A stretch of DNA of 63,011 nucleotides, the filler included, from Thraustochytrium aureum (Eukaryota): the NCBI GenBank assembly GCA_012862495.1. It is 7 parts of 4 records of this genome, joined end to end, with 100 filler letters (N's around TTAATTAATTAA, not from the genome) between each part and the next. Parts side by side here need not be neighbours in the genome. Positions count along the whole stretch, not along the records: positions 1 to 19,187 come from BLSG01000407.1; positions 19,288 to 32,517 come from BLSG01000407.1; 5 more parts are not named here. The stretch is one strand, 5' to 3'. The notes below the pieces were generated by a model. The model was not told the DNA's origin. It did no database searches and saw only the letters and a list, made by a program, of their open reading frames with translations. This document shows, piece by piece, positions 9,971 through 19,905 of the stretch; the first letter of the stretch is position 1, and every line of letters begins with the position of its first letter. The position numbers and the translations under genes were made by a program.

Positions 9971-10897
9971 ATGGCGGCCAACTCGAACGAGTTTGGCGAG
10001 TTCAAGCTGTTCGTGAAGAACCTGCCGTGGACCGCCACCGAGGACACCCTCTACCAAAAGTTTGGCGAGTGCGGCAACGTCACGTTCGCTCGGCTCTGCA
10101 CCGACCAGGAGACCGGCCGGTCGCGCGGCTTCGGCTTCGTGAGCTTTGAAACCAAGGATGCCGCCAGCTCCGCCATCGAGAAGCTGAACGGGCTCGACTA
10201 CGACGGCCGCAACATCGAGGTCCGCCTCGCCGACGAGCGCGGCCGCAAGGAGCGCACTGAGCGCCCGGCTCGCGGCGGCGAGCGTGGCGGCGACCGCGGC
10301 GGCGCCAAGACCTGCTTTGCTTTCCAGAAGGGCACGTGCAAGTTCGGCGACTCGTGCCGTTTCACCCACGACGCCGCGGGCGGCAACGCCGGCGGCGACC
10401 GCGGCGGCAACGCTGGCGGCGACCGCGTCTGCTTCGCATTCCAGAAGGGCACGTGCCGATTTGGCGACTCGTGCAAGTTTAGCCACGGCGGCGACGCCAG
10501 CACGTCGGCCGCGCCCAGCCGCGGCGGCGACCGCGTCTGCTTTGCCTTCCAGAAGGGCACGTGCAAGTTCGGCGACTCGTGCAAGTTTAGCCACGGCGAC
10601 GCCGCGGCCACCGAGGAGGCCCCCGCCGCCGACAACAAGCGCACCACCTTTGCCGACTCTGACGACGAGGGCGAGGAGGTCGAGACCAAGGAGGTCGAGG
10701 CCAAGCCTGAGACCAAGAAGGCTGGCAAGAAGGCGGAGGCCAGCGACTCGGACTCGAGCAGCGACTCGGACTCTGACGCCGAAGAGGCCGCTCCGGCTTC
10801 CAAGAAGCGCGCCGCCAAGGAGGCCTCCGACTCTGACAGCTCGGACAGCGAGGAGGACAAAAAGTCCAAGAAGAAGTCCAAGAAGGCCAAGAACTAA
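9971..10897 (+). CDS. RNA-binding protein: one RRM, three CCCH zinc fingers, acidic/Lys-Ser-rich tail
   Basis: RNP2 KLFVKNL, RNP1 RGFGFVSF; three CFAFQKGTC(K/R)FGDSC(R/K)F(T/S)H (C-x7-C-x5-C-x3-H); likely start is the ATG in context CAAGATGG at 9971. Confidence 0.92.
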   Translation: MAANSNEFGEFKLFVKNLPWTATEDTLYQKFGECGNVTFARLCTDQETGRSRGFGFVSFETKDAASSAIEKLNGLDYDGRNIEVRLADERGRKERTERPARGGERGGDRGGAKTCFAFQKGTCKFGDSCRFTHDAAGGNAGGDRGGNAGGDRVCFAFQKGTCRFGDSCKFSHGGDASTSAAPSRGGDRVCFAFQKGTCKFGDSCKFSHGDAAATEEAPAADNKRTTFADSDDEGEEVETKEVEAKPETKKAGKKAEASDSDSSSDSDSDAEEAAPASKKRAAKEASDSDSSDSEEDKKSKKKSKKAKN

Positions 10898-11129
10898 AGC
10901 CCTGCGTCGATGGGCACTGGTGGAGGGAGCAGGATTTATATTTGGTCGTGCTAAGATGCGCGCGCCTCGGTCGACTGAGCCTATTGTGTGCTGGTGAAAC
11001 TGATGGTCGTGGCCCTCTGATGTGAATGGTTTATGAAACTCAAAAGGTGTCTGATGTCTCCGGAATAAAACGGAGAAGTAAATGATGTGAAAACGGGACG
11101 TGCGACGAGGTCTCGTCGCGGGCGCTCGA

Positions 11130-11192
11130 GCTCTGCTCTGTTCTGCTCTGCTCTGTCTGATGCAACTGCTGTGCTCCTCTGCTCTGCTCTGC
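11130..11192. repeat. Imperfect (CTCTG)n pentanucleotide repeat
   Basis: Read directly from the sequence. Confidence 0.75.
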
Positions 11193-11400
11193 GCTATCTG
11201 ATGCAACTGCTCCGGACTGGGAACTGGTTTTGGAAACTGGGAGCGACCAAGCCCGGCCCTCGTTTTGTTTTGCCCGGCGGCCTGGAGCTGCCCGGGCGGC
11301 GAGTTGTGCGCGCGCGGGGGCGCCGCTGGCTGCTGCGCTTGGTCTATGCTCTGGTCTCTCTACCTATTCGTGGAGAGAAAATAAACTTTCATTGTTGGCG

Positions 11401-12117
11401 TCACTTGCTCCCAGCGCTTGTGTCCGTGGCAGCAGCCACTTCTGCGAGCCAGGCCAGGTACTTTTTGCACGCGTGGTAGCCTTCCTTGTCAGCTGTGACA
11501 ACGTGCGCGGCGCTTCGGGCGTCTTTGTGCGCGTATCGAAGCGAGATCGGGTCTTGAGCGTTGTGCAACTGGACCAGGCTGCGCACGCTCTCCCCTGGCT
11601 CGACAAGCACGGGGCAACCCATCACAAAGACCTCGAACACGACCGCGTGCGCCTTGGCGAGCCGCGCGGCGTGGCCTGCGGCCACAAACACCTTGGTGCA
11701 CCAGCCGCCGTGCGAGTGCGCCACCAAGCGGACCGTGGTGACGCCCTGGCGCGCCGCCAGCAGCGGGCCCATCTCGGCCTCCATGGTGTCGGCCACCTTG
11801 GCCGCCTGCGCCTCCATGGACGACACCACGGCGTCCATGCTTGCCGCGACGGCCTTTTCGGTCAAGTTGGTCTCCAAGTAAACGTCCATCGCGACCGCGC
11901 CGAGCGCGAGCAGGCCAGCGCCTATCGCGAACCGAGAGTTCTTCTTGACTGCGTTGAGCGCTCTGTCCTGCGACACGGCCAGCGTCGGGTTGTGGACGTG
12001 GACGGCCTCGCACTTGAAGGTCGCTTCGAGCGCCTTTCGCACTTCGGGCCAGTCCATCTCATCCTTTGGGTTGAAGATGCCGTTCACAAACACCGTCAGC
12101 TCGCGCGCGGCCGCCAT
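11401..12117 (-). CDS. Putative alpha/beta-hydrolase-fold protein with one hydrophobic segment
   Basis: VFVNGIFN beta-strand/oxyanion-type motif, nucleophile elbow LVAHSHGG, later HNAQDPI (Asp) and GYH (His), forming a Ser-Asp-His pattern. Confidence 0.6.
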   Translation of the reverse strand: MAAARELTVFVNGIFNPKDEMDWPEVRKALEATFKCEAVHVHNPTLAVSQDRALNAVKKNSRFAIGAGLLALGAVAMDVYLETNLTEKAVAASMDAVVSSMEAQAAKVADTMEAEMGPLLAARQGVTTVRLVAHSHGGWCTKVFVAAGHAARLAKAHAVVFEVFVMGCPVLVEPGESVRSLVQLHNAQDPISLRYAHKDARSAAHVVTADKEGYHACKKYLAWLAEVAAATDTSAGSK

Positions 12118-12478
12118 CGGCGCGCGCTCGGGCTGTCCCGAGTCCGCGGAGTGACCGAGAGGATCGAGCGACCTCGCGCCGACCAACTTGGCGCAGCAAG
12201 AGTCCAAGCGACCTCGCGCCCAGCTTCGAGTCGAAGGGCGCCGACCTTGGCCTCTCGCCCGTCGGCGCCAACCTCGCCCTCGCTCGAGGCTCACGCTGGG
12301 CCCCTGTGCGAGCCTGTCGTACACGTGCCAGAGTGGTTTGGACTGACGAGGACTCTGACATGAAAAATTGTGTGCGCGAGGACGGACGAGAGCGTCTCAG
12401 GTGGCCATGAGTACTGGTTCGTCGCCTTCGCATGTTGGACGGTCGGCCGTCGGGCGGCGGTTGACAGCGCATTCGCGT

Positions 12479-12574
12479 TGATGTTGGCGCTGATGTTGGC
12501 GCTGATGTTGGCGCTGATGTTGGCGCTGATGTTGGCGCTGATGTTGGCGCTGATGTTGGCGCTGATGTTGGCGC
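12479..12574. repeat. Perfect 12-bp tandem repeat (TGATGTTGGCGC)x8, intergenic
   Basis: Read directly from the sequence. Confidence 0.95.
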
Positions 12575-12836
12575 TGACGAGACGATTCACCAGCGAGAGA
12601 GCGTCGATGGCAGCCGCAGCGGCAGGCCTGCTTGTCGTTCTCCTCTCAATCGAACGAGCGTGGCCATGCAGGTGTTATTGTCCAACGCGTGAGCGTCATT
12701 TGCTGGCAGGGCTACAAGCCTGAAGCCAACGAACGGTTGATTGGATTGCACAGCGAAAACGAAACGTCTTGCCAAGCCGCGCGGACAGCAAAACTCTGCT
12801 TTAGCTAGAGTACTTGTTCTTTCAGACTTGAGGAGC

Positions 12837-15743
12837 TCACCGATGCTCCTGCGGCGAGCACAAGCAAAGCATGAGCTGGCATGCTGCGGCGCTAAAGAAG
12901 AAGAGCAGCGCTTCGTAGACCCACTTTGGGGCGAACACGCTCCACACGAAAAGGTGCGTCCGCATCGCGACAATGACCGCCGTCGCCACAGCAATGCGGA
13001 GCGAGCATAGGAAGAACAAGACCCGCACGGACAAGGGGGAACCCAACCCCCCATGCCTCTCAGCAGCCATCAAGAGCGCCGCGGCGAGGCTCCCAATCGG
13101 GCCCGTGAAAGCTATGAGTGCCGTTAGGAAGCCCACCAGCGACTGGCTGTACCCAGAAAGCCCGGTGTACGCCCCGCTGATGTCGACGGTAGCGATGACG
13201 TGCGAGTTGCCGAGCGCAAAGAAAAGGCCCTGGCCCAGCATCCAGGAGGCAAGCACAACCTCGACCTGATCGGCTCGCCCCCCCTTAGACGCTGGGCGAG
13301 GCGACCACAAGAGGCGCGCCACAAGCCCACCAAGGGCTATGACAATCGCCCCGCCAGGGCGGTGCAAGAGCAGAAACAAAAGGTGTAGGCCACACAAGGC
13401 CGAGCCGGTCGCCAAGGGGCGCGCCGTCCCCGGCGCGGCGGCGGCGCAGGCGAACAAGATGCCGCAGCACAAGTACACGAGCCTAGCGCGCAACATCCCG
13501 TCCAGCCCCGCCACGCTGCGATCCAAAAACTCGTCACTCAGCTTGAGCGACACGAGCAGCCCCGCTCCAGCAGGACTCGCACAAGCCCCGAGCGCTGCTA
13601 GTCGCGGAGCAGCAGCTCGGCCGCGCCAGACGCCCTCCAGGCCCAAGCCGAGCGCGACAAACAGCGCGAGAGCCTTGACGGGCACCCAAGTTGCGGCGCC
13701 CGGAAGCACGAGCACCGCAGCCCCTTCGTCGATAAAGTCGGGGTCGGGCAGCCCCGCAAGCCTCGCAAAGTTGATCACCTGCAGCCGCGCCCGCAAAACG
13801 CGCAGCAAGACCGCCGCAATCAGCAGCCGGGCTGCCCAGCACATGTCGCTGCTAGCGCTCACGTCTCGCACCTGTGTCAAGCTGCGACCGACCAAGTAGG
13901 TCGTGAGCAGGTGGAACCAAACAACGTGCTCATTCTCGATCGCGGAGGAGCTCGTCAAGCTGAGGCAATGAGCTGCCAGCGCGGCCGCCAGCGCCAGCGC
14001 CGGCCCAGAGGGCGCCCCAACGCCACCTGAACACGCCGCGCGGGCCAGGGGTATACCTTGCGCAGCAACGGCAAGAAACAGGACGCCGACCGCCCCTGCC
14101 AGCTGGCCCCCTTCGCTCGAGTCAGGCTCTCCGCCGGCGCTCGAGCCCGTCTTGGCCAAGAACAGCCGCTCGTGCGCTGTCGCCACGAAACGGGCCGCGT
14201 CAGACTTGCGCAACATCAGCAGCTCGCGGTTCACGAGGTGCGGGGTGTCGGCGCGCAAAGCTGCGAGGAGCTGGGCGGCGTTCGCCTCGAGCGCAGCGTC
14301 GAACGCGGCGGGGGCGAACGGGTTGAAAGCCTCGCGGACGAGGCGCCCAACAGACCCAGACGGGATACCAACGCCAAACAAGGTGCCCAGCGTCGGCGCG
14401 AGATCCACTNNNNNNNNNNNNNNNNNNNNNNNNNNNNNNNNNNNNNNNNNNNNNNNNNNNNNNNNNNNNNNNNNNNNNNNNNNNNNNNNNNNNNNNNNNN
14501 NNNNNNNNNNNNNNNNNNNNNNNNNNNNNNNNNNNNNNNNNNNNNNNNNNNNNNNNNNNNNNNNNNNNNNNNNNNNNNNNNNNNNNNNNNNNNNNNNNNN
14601 NNNNNNNNNNNNNNNNNNNNNNNNNNNNNNNNNNNNNNNNNNNNNNNNNNNNNNNNNNNNNNNNNNNNNNNNNNNNNNNNNNNNNNNNNNNNNNNNNNNN
14701 NNNNNNNNNNNNNNNNNNNNNNNNNNNNNNNNNNNNNNNNNNNNNNNNNNNNNNNNNNNNNNNNNNNNNNNNNNNNNNNNNNNNNNNNNNNNNNNNNNNN
14801 NNNNNNNNNNNNNNNNNNNNNNNNNNNNNNNNNCACTCAAGAGCACGAGCAAGGTAGGCAGCGGCGAGCCATCGGGCCGGCACCGCGGCAGGTGGCCGCC
14901 CGTGGCGTTCGTGTTGCCGCCAAGGCCGTCGCACTCGCGCAGGGCGCGGACGTCTTCTTGCTGGCGCAGCGAGGTGTAGACCGTCTCAAATACAGCGTCC
15001 ATCTCGAGCAGCTTGGCGTGCATCTGGGGCGAGTCCGGCCCGTGCTGGTGGCCGATGTGGTCCATTCCGAGGTAGTGGAGGAACAGACAGTCCCAGTCTC
15101 GCGAGGCCGGGTGGGCCATCCCGGGGTCCAGGTCCTGCGGCAGGTGCCGCGTAATGTTGTCGTCCACCTCGGTATAGTCCTTGGTGAAAAAGCTGCTGGT
15201 GCCATCGCTTCTCGCAAACTGCGTTGGGAAGAGCTTGAGCCAGGTTTCGTCGCCCAGCATCGTCATGCGGTACCCGTTCGCGTACAGTCTGTCGACGAGG
15301 TTGTCCTCCTGCAGCGCCTTCGAGTCGAGGTTGTTGAGTACGTCTATGAAGCGCGGAACCCCGCCTGTCGTGAGCGCTTTGATCCGCGGCATCGTCACGG
15401 TTGGCGTACTGGCTTCCGCCACGAACGATGTGGCGACCTCCGCCTTGTTTACCAAAAGGCTGCGCACGAACTGCATCTCGCGCCGCTCGTGCACAAAGTC
15501 CTCGCGCATGGCGTCCACCAGCATAAACACGAGTCTGCCATACTGCCGCGCAACGTGGTTGGCCTTTTCTGCGGCTGGAGCGGCTGGACGCCCTTCAACC
15601 CCGTCGCCGTCGCCTGCCTCCAACACGGAAGCCCAGGGTCTCGGGACGTCGAGCTTGAGCAGTACGACCGCGACCCAGACGACCGCGGCCGCCTGCGCAG
15701 CCAGCAGCAGCGCGGCCGCGGAGAGGTTGGCGCACGCGACCAT
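12837..15743 (-). CDS. PIGG: GPI ethanolamine-phosphate transferase 2 (PIG-G/Gpi7), interrupted by N gap
   Basis: VDAMREDF, PTVTMPRIKALTTG, GDETWLKLFP, DYTEVDDNITRHL, HYLGMDHIGH, VDLAPTL; multi-TM C-half with GNSHVIATVDISGAY and RTHLFVWSVFAPK. Start taken at MVACANL. Confidence 0.9.
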   Translation of the reverse strand: MVACANLSAAALLLAAQAAAVVWVAVVLLKLDVPRPWASVLEAGDGDGVEGRPAAPAAEKANHVARQYGRLVFMLVDAMREDFVHERREMQFVRSLLVNKAEVATSFVAEASTPTVTMPRIKALTTGGVPRFIDVLNNLDSKALQEDNLVDRLYANGYRMTMLGDETWLKLFPTQFARSDGTSSFFTKDYTEVDDNITRHLPQDLDPGMAHPASRDWDCLFLHYLGMDHIGHQHGPDSPQMHAKLLEMDAVFETVYTSLRQQEDVRALRECDGLGGNTNATGGHLPRCRPDGSPLPTLLVLLSXXXXXXXXXXXXXXXXXXXXXXXXXXXXXXXXXXXXXXXXXXXXXXXXXXXXXXXXXXXXXXXXXXXXXXXXXXXXXXXXXXXXXXXXXXXXXXXXXXXXXXXXXXXXXXXXXXXXXXXXXXXXXXXXXXXXXXXXXXXXXXVDLAPTLGTLFGVGIPSGSVGRLVREAFNPFAPAAFDAALEANAAQLLAALRADTPHLVNRELLMLRKSDAARFVATAHERLFLAKTGSSAGGEPDSSEGGQLAGAVGVLFLAVAAQGIPLARAACSGGVGAPSGPALALAAALAAHCLSLTSSSAIENEHVVWFHLLTTYLVGRSLTQVRDVSASSDMCWAARLLIAAVLLRVLRARLQVINFARLAGLPDPDFIDEGAAVLVLPGAATWVPVKALALFVALGLGLEGVWRGRAAAPRLAALGACASPAGAGLLVSLKLSDEFLDRSVAGLDGMLRARLVYLCCGILFACAAAAPGTARPLATGSALCGLHLLFLLLHRPGGAIVIALGGLVARLLWSPRPASKGGRADQVEVVLASWMLGQGLFFALGNSHVIATVDISGAYTGLSGYSQSLVGFLTALIAFTGPIGSLAAALLMAAERHGGLGSPLSVRVLFFLCSLRIAVATAVIVAMRTHLFVWSVFAPKWVYEALLFFFSAAACQLMLCLCSPQEHR

Positions 15744-16400
15744 TCTGCTCACTAATTTCGCCCTTTCCGCCCCGCAACCGCCCCTATCCGATCCTCCGGC
15801 CCAGGCCGCGCCGCCCTCGAAAGCAGGCAGGCAGCCTGGCGCAGCGCGCCTCGCTCGCGAGGAGCGCGGAGAGCGAGCGCGGCGGTTGACCACGGCGTGG
15901 AGGAGGAGAGTGAGTANNNNNNNNNNNNNNNNNNNNNNNNNNNNNNNNNNNNNNNNNNNNNNNNNNNNNNNNNNNNNNNNNNNNNNNNNNNNNNNNNNNN
16001 NNNNNNNNNNNNNNNNNNNNNNNNNNNNNNNNNNNNNNNNNNNNNNNNNNNNNNNNNNNNNNNNNNNNNNNNNNNNNNNNNNNNNNNNNNNNNNNNNNNN
16101 NNNNNNNNNNNNNNNNNNNNNNNNNNNNNNNNNNNNNNNNNNNNNNNNNNNNNNNNNNNNNNNNNNNNNNNNNNNNNNNNNNNNNNNNNNNNNNNNNNNN
16201 NNNNNNNNNNNNNNNNNNNNNNNNNNNNNNNNNNNNNNNNNNNNNNNNNNNNNNNNNNNNNNNNNNNNNNNNNNNNNNNNNNNNNNNNNNNNNNNNNNNN
16301 NNNNNNNNNNNNNNNNNNNNNNNNNNNNNNNNNNNNNNNNNNNNNNNNNNNNNNNNNNNNNNNNNNNNNNNNNNNNNNNNNNNNNNNNNNNNNNNNNNNN

Positions 16401-17876
16401 GTCAGCATCGAGTCGGGCCGTTGCACGTACGGCCGACCGCCCGGCGCCGGCAAGGAGTGGGCAAAGCTTCGCGGCGGGTCCAAGACGCTCACAGAGACGG
16501 GCGTTGAGCCGGACGAGAAGGCGATCAAGTCGGGCGTGCGCTGGATGGGCATTACTGCACTCTCGTACGTGCTGATTCAGGGCGCTGGGTTTGTCTACGA
16601 CACGAGCGCCAGCGACTCTGACGAGGACGTTGCCTCGGGGGAGGGGCCCTTCGCCCTGTTCGGGCTCGTGGCGTGCACCTTGCTGTTCCTGGGCTACCTG
16701 TACCAGCAGGTGCGCGACTCGGGCAGCGACACGGTTCTGCAAGACGTGATCGACCGCAAGCGCGAGGCAGCGCTCAAGAGCGGCATGCTGAGTCTGCAAG
16801 GTGCCTTTTTCAACGCCCTGAACGAGTTTGAGGCCAACCCTGACACGCACCTGTTGGCCTCCGAGCACAAGCGGTCGCGCTTTGAGACGATCGTGCGGAG
16901 GTTCTTCAACCACTACGACGTCAACGGCGACGAGTCGATCGACCAGCAGGAGCTCAAGCTGCTGCTGGTGGACTTGCACATCCAGCACAGCGACGAGGAT
17001 GTAAAGCACTTTATGAGCGAGATGGACTCTGACGGGAACGGGATCATCCACTTTGACGAGTTTCTAGACTGCATGCTCGATTTGATCAAGAGCACGCAGG
17101 CCACTAGCGGGGGCTCGCTGCGCAGCATCCCGTCGTACGGGTCTACCGCGAACGCCGGCCAAGGTGAAGGAGACCAAATCGACGCGCTCATGCACCACCA
17201 CGCGCGGTCGCACGAACAGGTCCGCAGCGCGATCGAGCGCCAGCAAGGCGAGCTCCGCCAAGTCATCGACGGAGAGGCAGGCGTGGGCGGCGCAGTTGTG
17301 CACGGGGCGGAGGCCGGGCAAGAAGAAGAAGAGGAGGAGGAGGAGGAGGAGGACGTGCCGGAAGACCTCGCGGACCTGCCGCCGGCCGTGCAGCGACGGC
17401 GCATCCTCCTGCGTTCGCTGCGCATGATGGGGACGGGCACTGCGCTCGTGCTGTTCTTCAGCGACCCAATGGTAGACGTGATGAGCGAGATCGGCACCGT
17501 GCTGGGGGTCAAGCCCTTTTACATCTCGTTTGTGCTTGCGCCACTCGCCTCAAACGCGTCCGAGCTGATTGCCTCGTACAGCTACGCGCTGAAAAAGACG
17601 TCGAAAACGATCACGATCAGCCTCACGGCGCTGACGGGTGCGGCCATCATGAACAACACATTTTGCTTGGGCATCTTTCTTTCGCTGGTCTACTTTCGCG
17701 ACTTGGCTTGGCGGTTCAAGGCTGAGACTGTGTCGATTCTGTTCGTCGAGGTCGGTGTGGCCTTTGCAGCGTACCGCCGCGTCCAAACCGTGTGGGACGC
17801 GGCTTTGGTGATTTCTCTCTTTCCGCTCTCGCTTTTGCTTGTCTACGTGCTCGAGAACTTTGCCGGCTGGGACTAG
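16401..17876 (+). CDS. EF-hand-containing cation/Ca2+ exchanger (NCL / EF-CAX type); 5' part in N gap
   Basis: TM segments flanking two EF-hands (DVNGDESIDQQE, DSDGNGIIHFDE), a poly-Glu linker, FSDPMVD, LAPLASNASE, AIMNNTFCLGIFL. Confidence 0.88.
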   Translation, partial: VSIESGRCTYGRPPGAGKEWAKLRGGSKTLTETGVEPDEKAIKSGVRWMGITALSYVLIQGAGFVYDTSASDSDEDVASGEGPFALFGLVACTLLFLGYLYQQVRDSGSDTVLQDVIDRKREAALKSGMLSLQGAFFNALNEFEANPDTHLLASEHKRSRFETIVRRFFNHYDVNGDESIDQQELKLLLVDLHIQHSDEDVKHFMSEMDSDGNGIIHFDEFLDCMLDLIKSTQATSGGSLRSIPSYGSTANAGQGEGDQIDALMHHHARSHEQVRSAIERQQGELRQVIDGEAGVGGAVVHGAEAGQEEEEEEEEEEDVPEDLADLPPAVQRRRILLRSLRMMGTGTALVLFFSDPMVDVMSEIGTVLGVKPFYISFVLAPLASNASELIASYSYALKKTSKTITISLTALTGAAIMNNTFCLGIFLSLVYFRDLAWRFKAETVSILFVEVGVAFAAYRRVQTVWDAALVISLFPLSLLLVYVLENFAGWD

Positions 17877-17998
17877 CAGCGCCACGCTTGGGGGTGGGGG
17901 AGGGAGCAAGCGCGGTGCGGGGAGGCCGCGGCGAAACCAAACGCGAACGAGCCTTTCACAGAGAGTGCCGCTGCGGGGGGCAGCAAGCAAGCAAGCAA

Positions 17999-18077
17999 TA
18001 CGCAACGAGAGATTTGGCAAAACCAACGCAAAGAGAGATTTGGTAAACCCAACGCAACGATAGATTTGGTACACCCA
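17999..18077. repeat. Imperfect 26-bp tandem repeat (AACGCAACGAGAGATTTGG(C/T)AAA(A/C)CC)x3 between convergent gene 3' ends
   Basis: Read directly from the sequence. Confidence 0.8.
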
Positions 18078-18197
18078 AAGCGATTAACATCGGCGCTCTT
18101 GCGCGATCGCGCAACTCGCCAGCTCTAATAGCTGTAAGTTGGCGGGAAGGGACGTTCGAGCCAACATGGCCGCAGCAAACGGGCCCCTCTTCTGTGC

Positions 18198-18358
18198 CTA
18201 CTTTGGCGGCGACTGCTCCGCGAGCTGCGCCAGCAACCACTTGATTCGCAGAGGCGCCGAAAAGGCCTCCTCGAGCTTGAGCGAGCCCTGCAAGAGCTGC
18301 TCGATGCCAAACAAGGACTCGCCAAGGCGGTGGTCGACCACCTGGTCGCGCGCGTAGG

Positions 18359-18389
<31 letters not shown>

Positions 18390-19187
18390 TGTCCCCACGA
18401 GCTCGTTCTTCCTGCTGAGCGCCTCGGCGGAGCGATCGCGCTCAAGCTTTTCTTGTACGCGGGCCGTGAGGACCTTGAGCGCCTGGCGCTTGTTCATGTG
18501 CTGGGAGCGCTCGTCCTGGATGGCGGCAACCAAGCCTGTCGGGAGGTGCGTGATTCGAACAGCGCTCTCGGTCGTGTTGACGTGCTGGCCGCCAGCGCCG
18601 CTCGAGCGGTACACCTCGATGCGGAGGTCGGCCTCGTCGAGCTGGGGCCAGGCGTCGCCATCCCTCGGCCTCGGCAAGCACGACGACGCTGGCCGTGCTG
18701 GTGTGGACTCTGCCTTGGGTCTCGGTGGCCGGGACGCGCTGCACCCGATGGACGCCGCTCTCAAACCTGAGCAATCCGTAAACGCCGGGCCCTGGGGCGA
18801 AGGCGGCGCCAGGCCCTGGAGAGACGATGGCGACGGCCTCGCGGACGCCGCCCTCCTTTGCACGGTATTCCACGGTCTCCCAGCCCCAGCCTTTCAGGGC
18901 AGCAAAGCGCTCGTACATCCCGAAAAGCTCGGCTGCGAAAATGCCGGCCTCCTCACCTCCGACGCCAGGGCGCACCTCAAGGATCGCGCCCTTGGATTCG
19001 TCGGCGTCTTCGGGGAGGAGGAGATCGACGAGTGCATCTTCGACCAGCAGCTTGGCCCCTTGCGCTGCAGCGAGCTCGTCGGCTGCGAGCTCGCGCATCT
19101 CGGGGTCTTCTAGCATCTCTTGCGCTTCTCGCTCCGCGCTGGCGAGCGCCTCGCGGCGTGCCGCGAGATCATCGAGCGTGTCGAGTT
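18198..19187 (-). CDS. prfA: Organellar (bacterial-type) peptide chain release factor 1; 5'-truncated at scaffold end, one-base frameshift at about 18663
   Basis: LEVRPGVGGEEA, FESGVHRVQRVPATETQGRVHTST (PxT motif of RF1), then in another frame DLRIEVYRSSGAGGQHVNTTESAVRITH, QDERSQHMNK, DRSEKIRTY. Removing one G from GAGGGAT joins the frames. Confidence 0.92.
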
Positions 19188-19287
19188 NNNNNNNNNNNNN
19201 NNNNNNNNNNNNNNNNNNNNNNNNNNNNNNNTTAATTAATTAANNNNNNNNNNNNNNNNNNNNNNNNNNNNNNNNNNNNNNNNNNNN
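19188..19287. other. Artificial scaffold-joining spacer (44 N + TTAATTAATTAA + 44 N); the same spacer core occurs at 32562, 42313, 51654, 56617 and 60403
   Basis: Identical six-frame stop linker embedded symmetrically in Ns, six times. Confidence 0.97.
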
Positions 19288-19782
19288 TGCGTTCCGCCCT
19301 CTCAAAGCCAGCCGCGCCCGCTCTACTGTAGTGAGGCGAATCGAAGTTTTTACTAAAAAAAAGAAGTAAAAATAAAAAAAGCTCCCTCCCTCCCTGGGGC
19401 AGGCGCGGGATGTCCTCCTTGAGAGGGCGGCCGCCGCGGGAGGACCCGCGCCAGGGGCCCCCTCACAAGGGCGCAGAAACTCCACGCGGCTCCGCGTCGC
19501 CTCACATCCGCGCGGGCCGGCATGAGAGGCGGCTCGACGGGCCCCTCACAGCCGCCCCGATCGTGCTTGAGAGGAGGCGGCGAATCTCGCCCCCCGGGAC
19601 GGCCAGTCCACTTTCCTGCCGCTGTGAGGGGTTCGACCCCGCGAAAACAAGTAAAAAAAGGAAAACGGAGTAAAAGAAACGAAGGGAAATCTGCGCCCTC
19701 ACGAACGCCGCGCCGGGAGGAGGAAGGAGGAGGGCGCGGGATTGAGCGACCGAGATTGGCGCTCGCTCTCCACGTACTACAT

Positions 19783-19905
19783 ACATACTCACATACATAC
19801 ATGCTCACTCATGCATGGATGGGGAGATAGATAGATAGATCTGCCTGGATTGGGCCGAATTTTCGTTGATTTTCGTTGATTTTCGTCGATTTTCGTCGGT
19901 TTTCG
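19783..19905. repeat. Simple-repeat cluster: (ACAT)n, (AGAT)n and a 10-bp TTTTCGT(T/C)G(A/G) tandem
   Basis: Read directly from the sequence. Confidence 0.8.

Noticed and set aside
12479..12574. 12-bp and 47-bp repeats as possible CRISPR arrays, or the 'ANIS/LALM' repeat ORFs as proteins
   Set aside because: Head-to-tail repeats with no unique spacers, no cas genes and a eukaryotic context; the ORFs are by-products of the repeat.
12837..17051. 1404-aa ORF in the track suggesting a giant PIG-G fusion
   Set aside because: Its N-terminal part is the antisense of the Ca2+ exchanger read through Ns; PIG-G starts at about 15743.
18640..18680. +1 frameshift inside a release-factor gene, reminiscent of prfB programmed frameshifting
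   Set aside because: The protein is RF1-type (PAT motif) and nuclear-encoded, with no CUU-UGA slippery stop at the site. The same GAGGGAT extra-G pattern occurs at about 43718, and many other genes have homopolymer indels, so sequencing error is more likely.
19232..19243. Recurrent TTAATTAATTAA palindrome (six copies), which could suggest piggyBac TTAA sites or a regulatory repeat
   Set aside because: Always centred in exactly 44+44 Ns; it is an artificial six-frame-stop scaffold linker.
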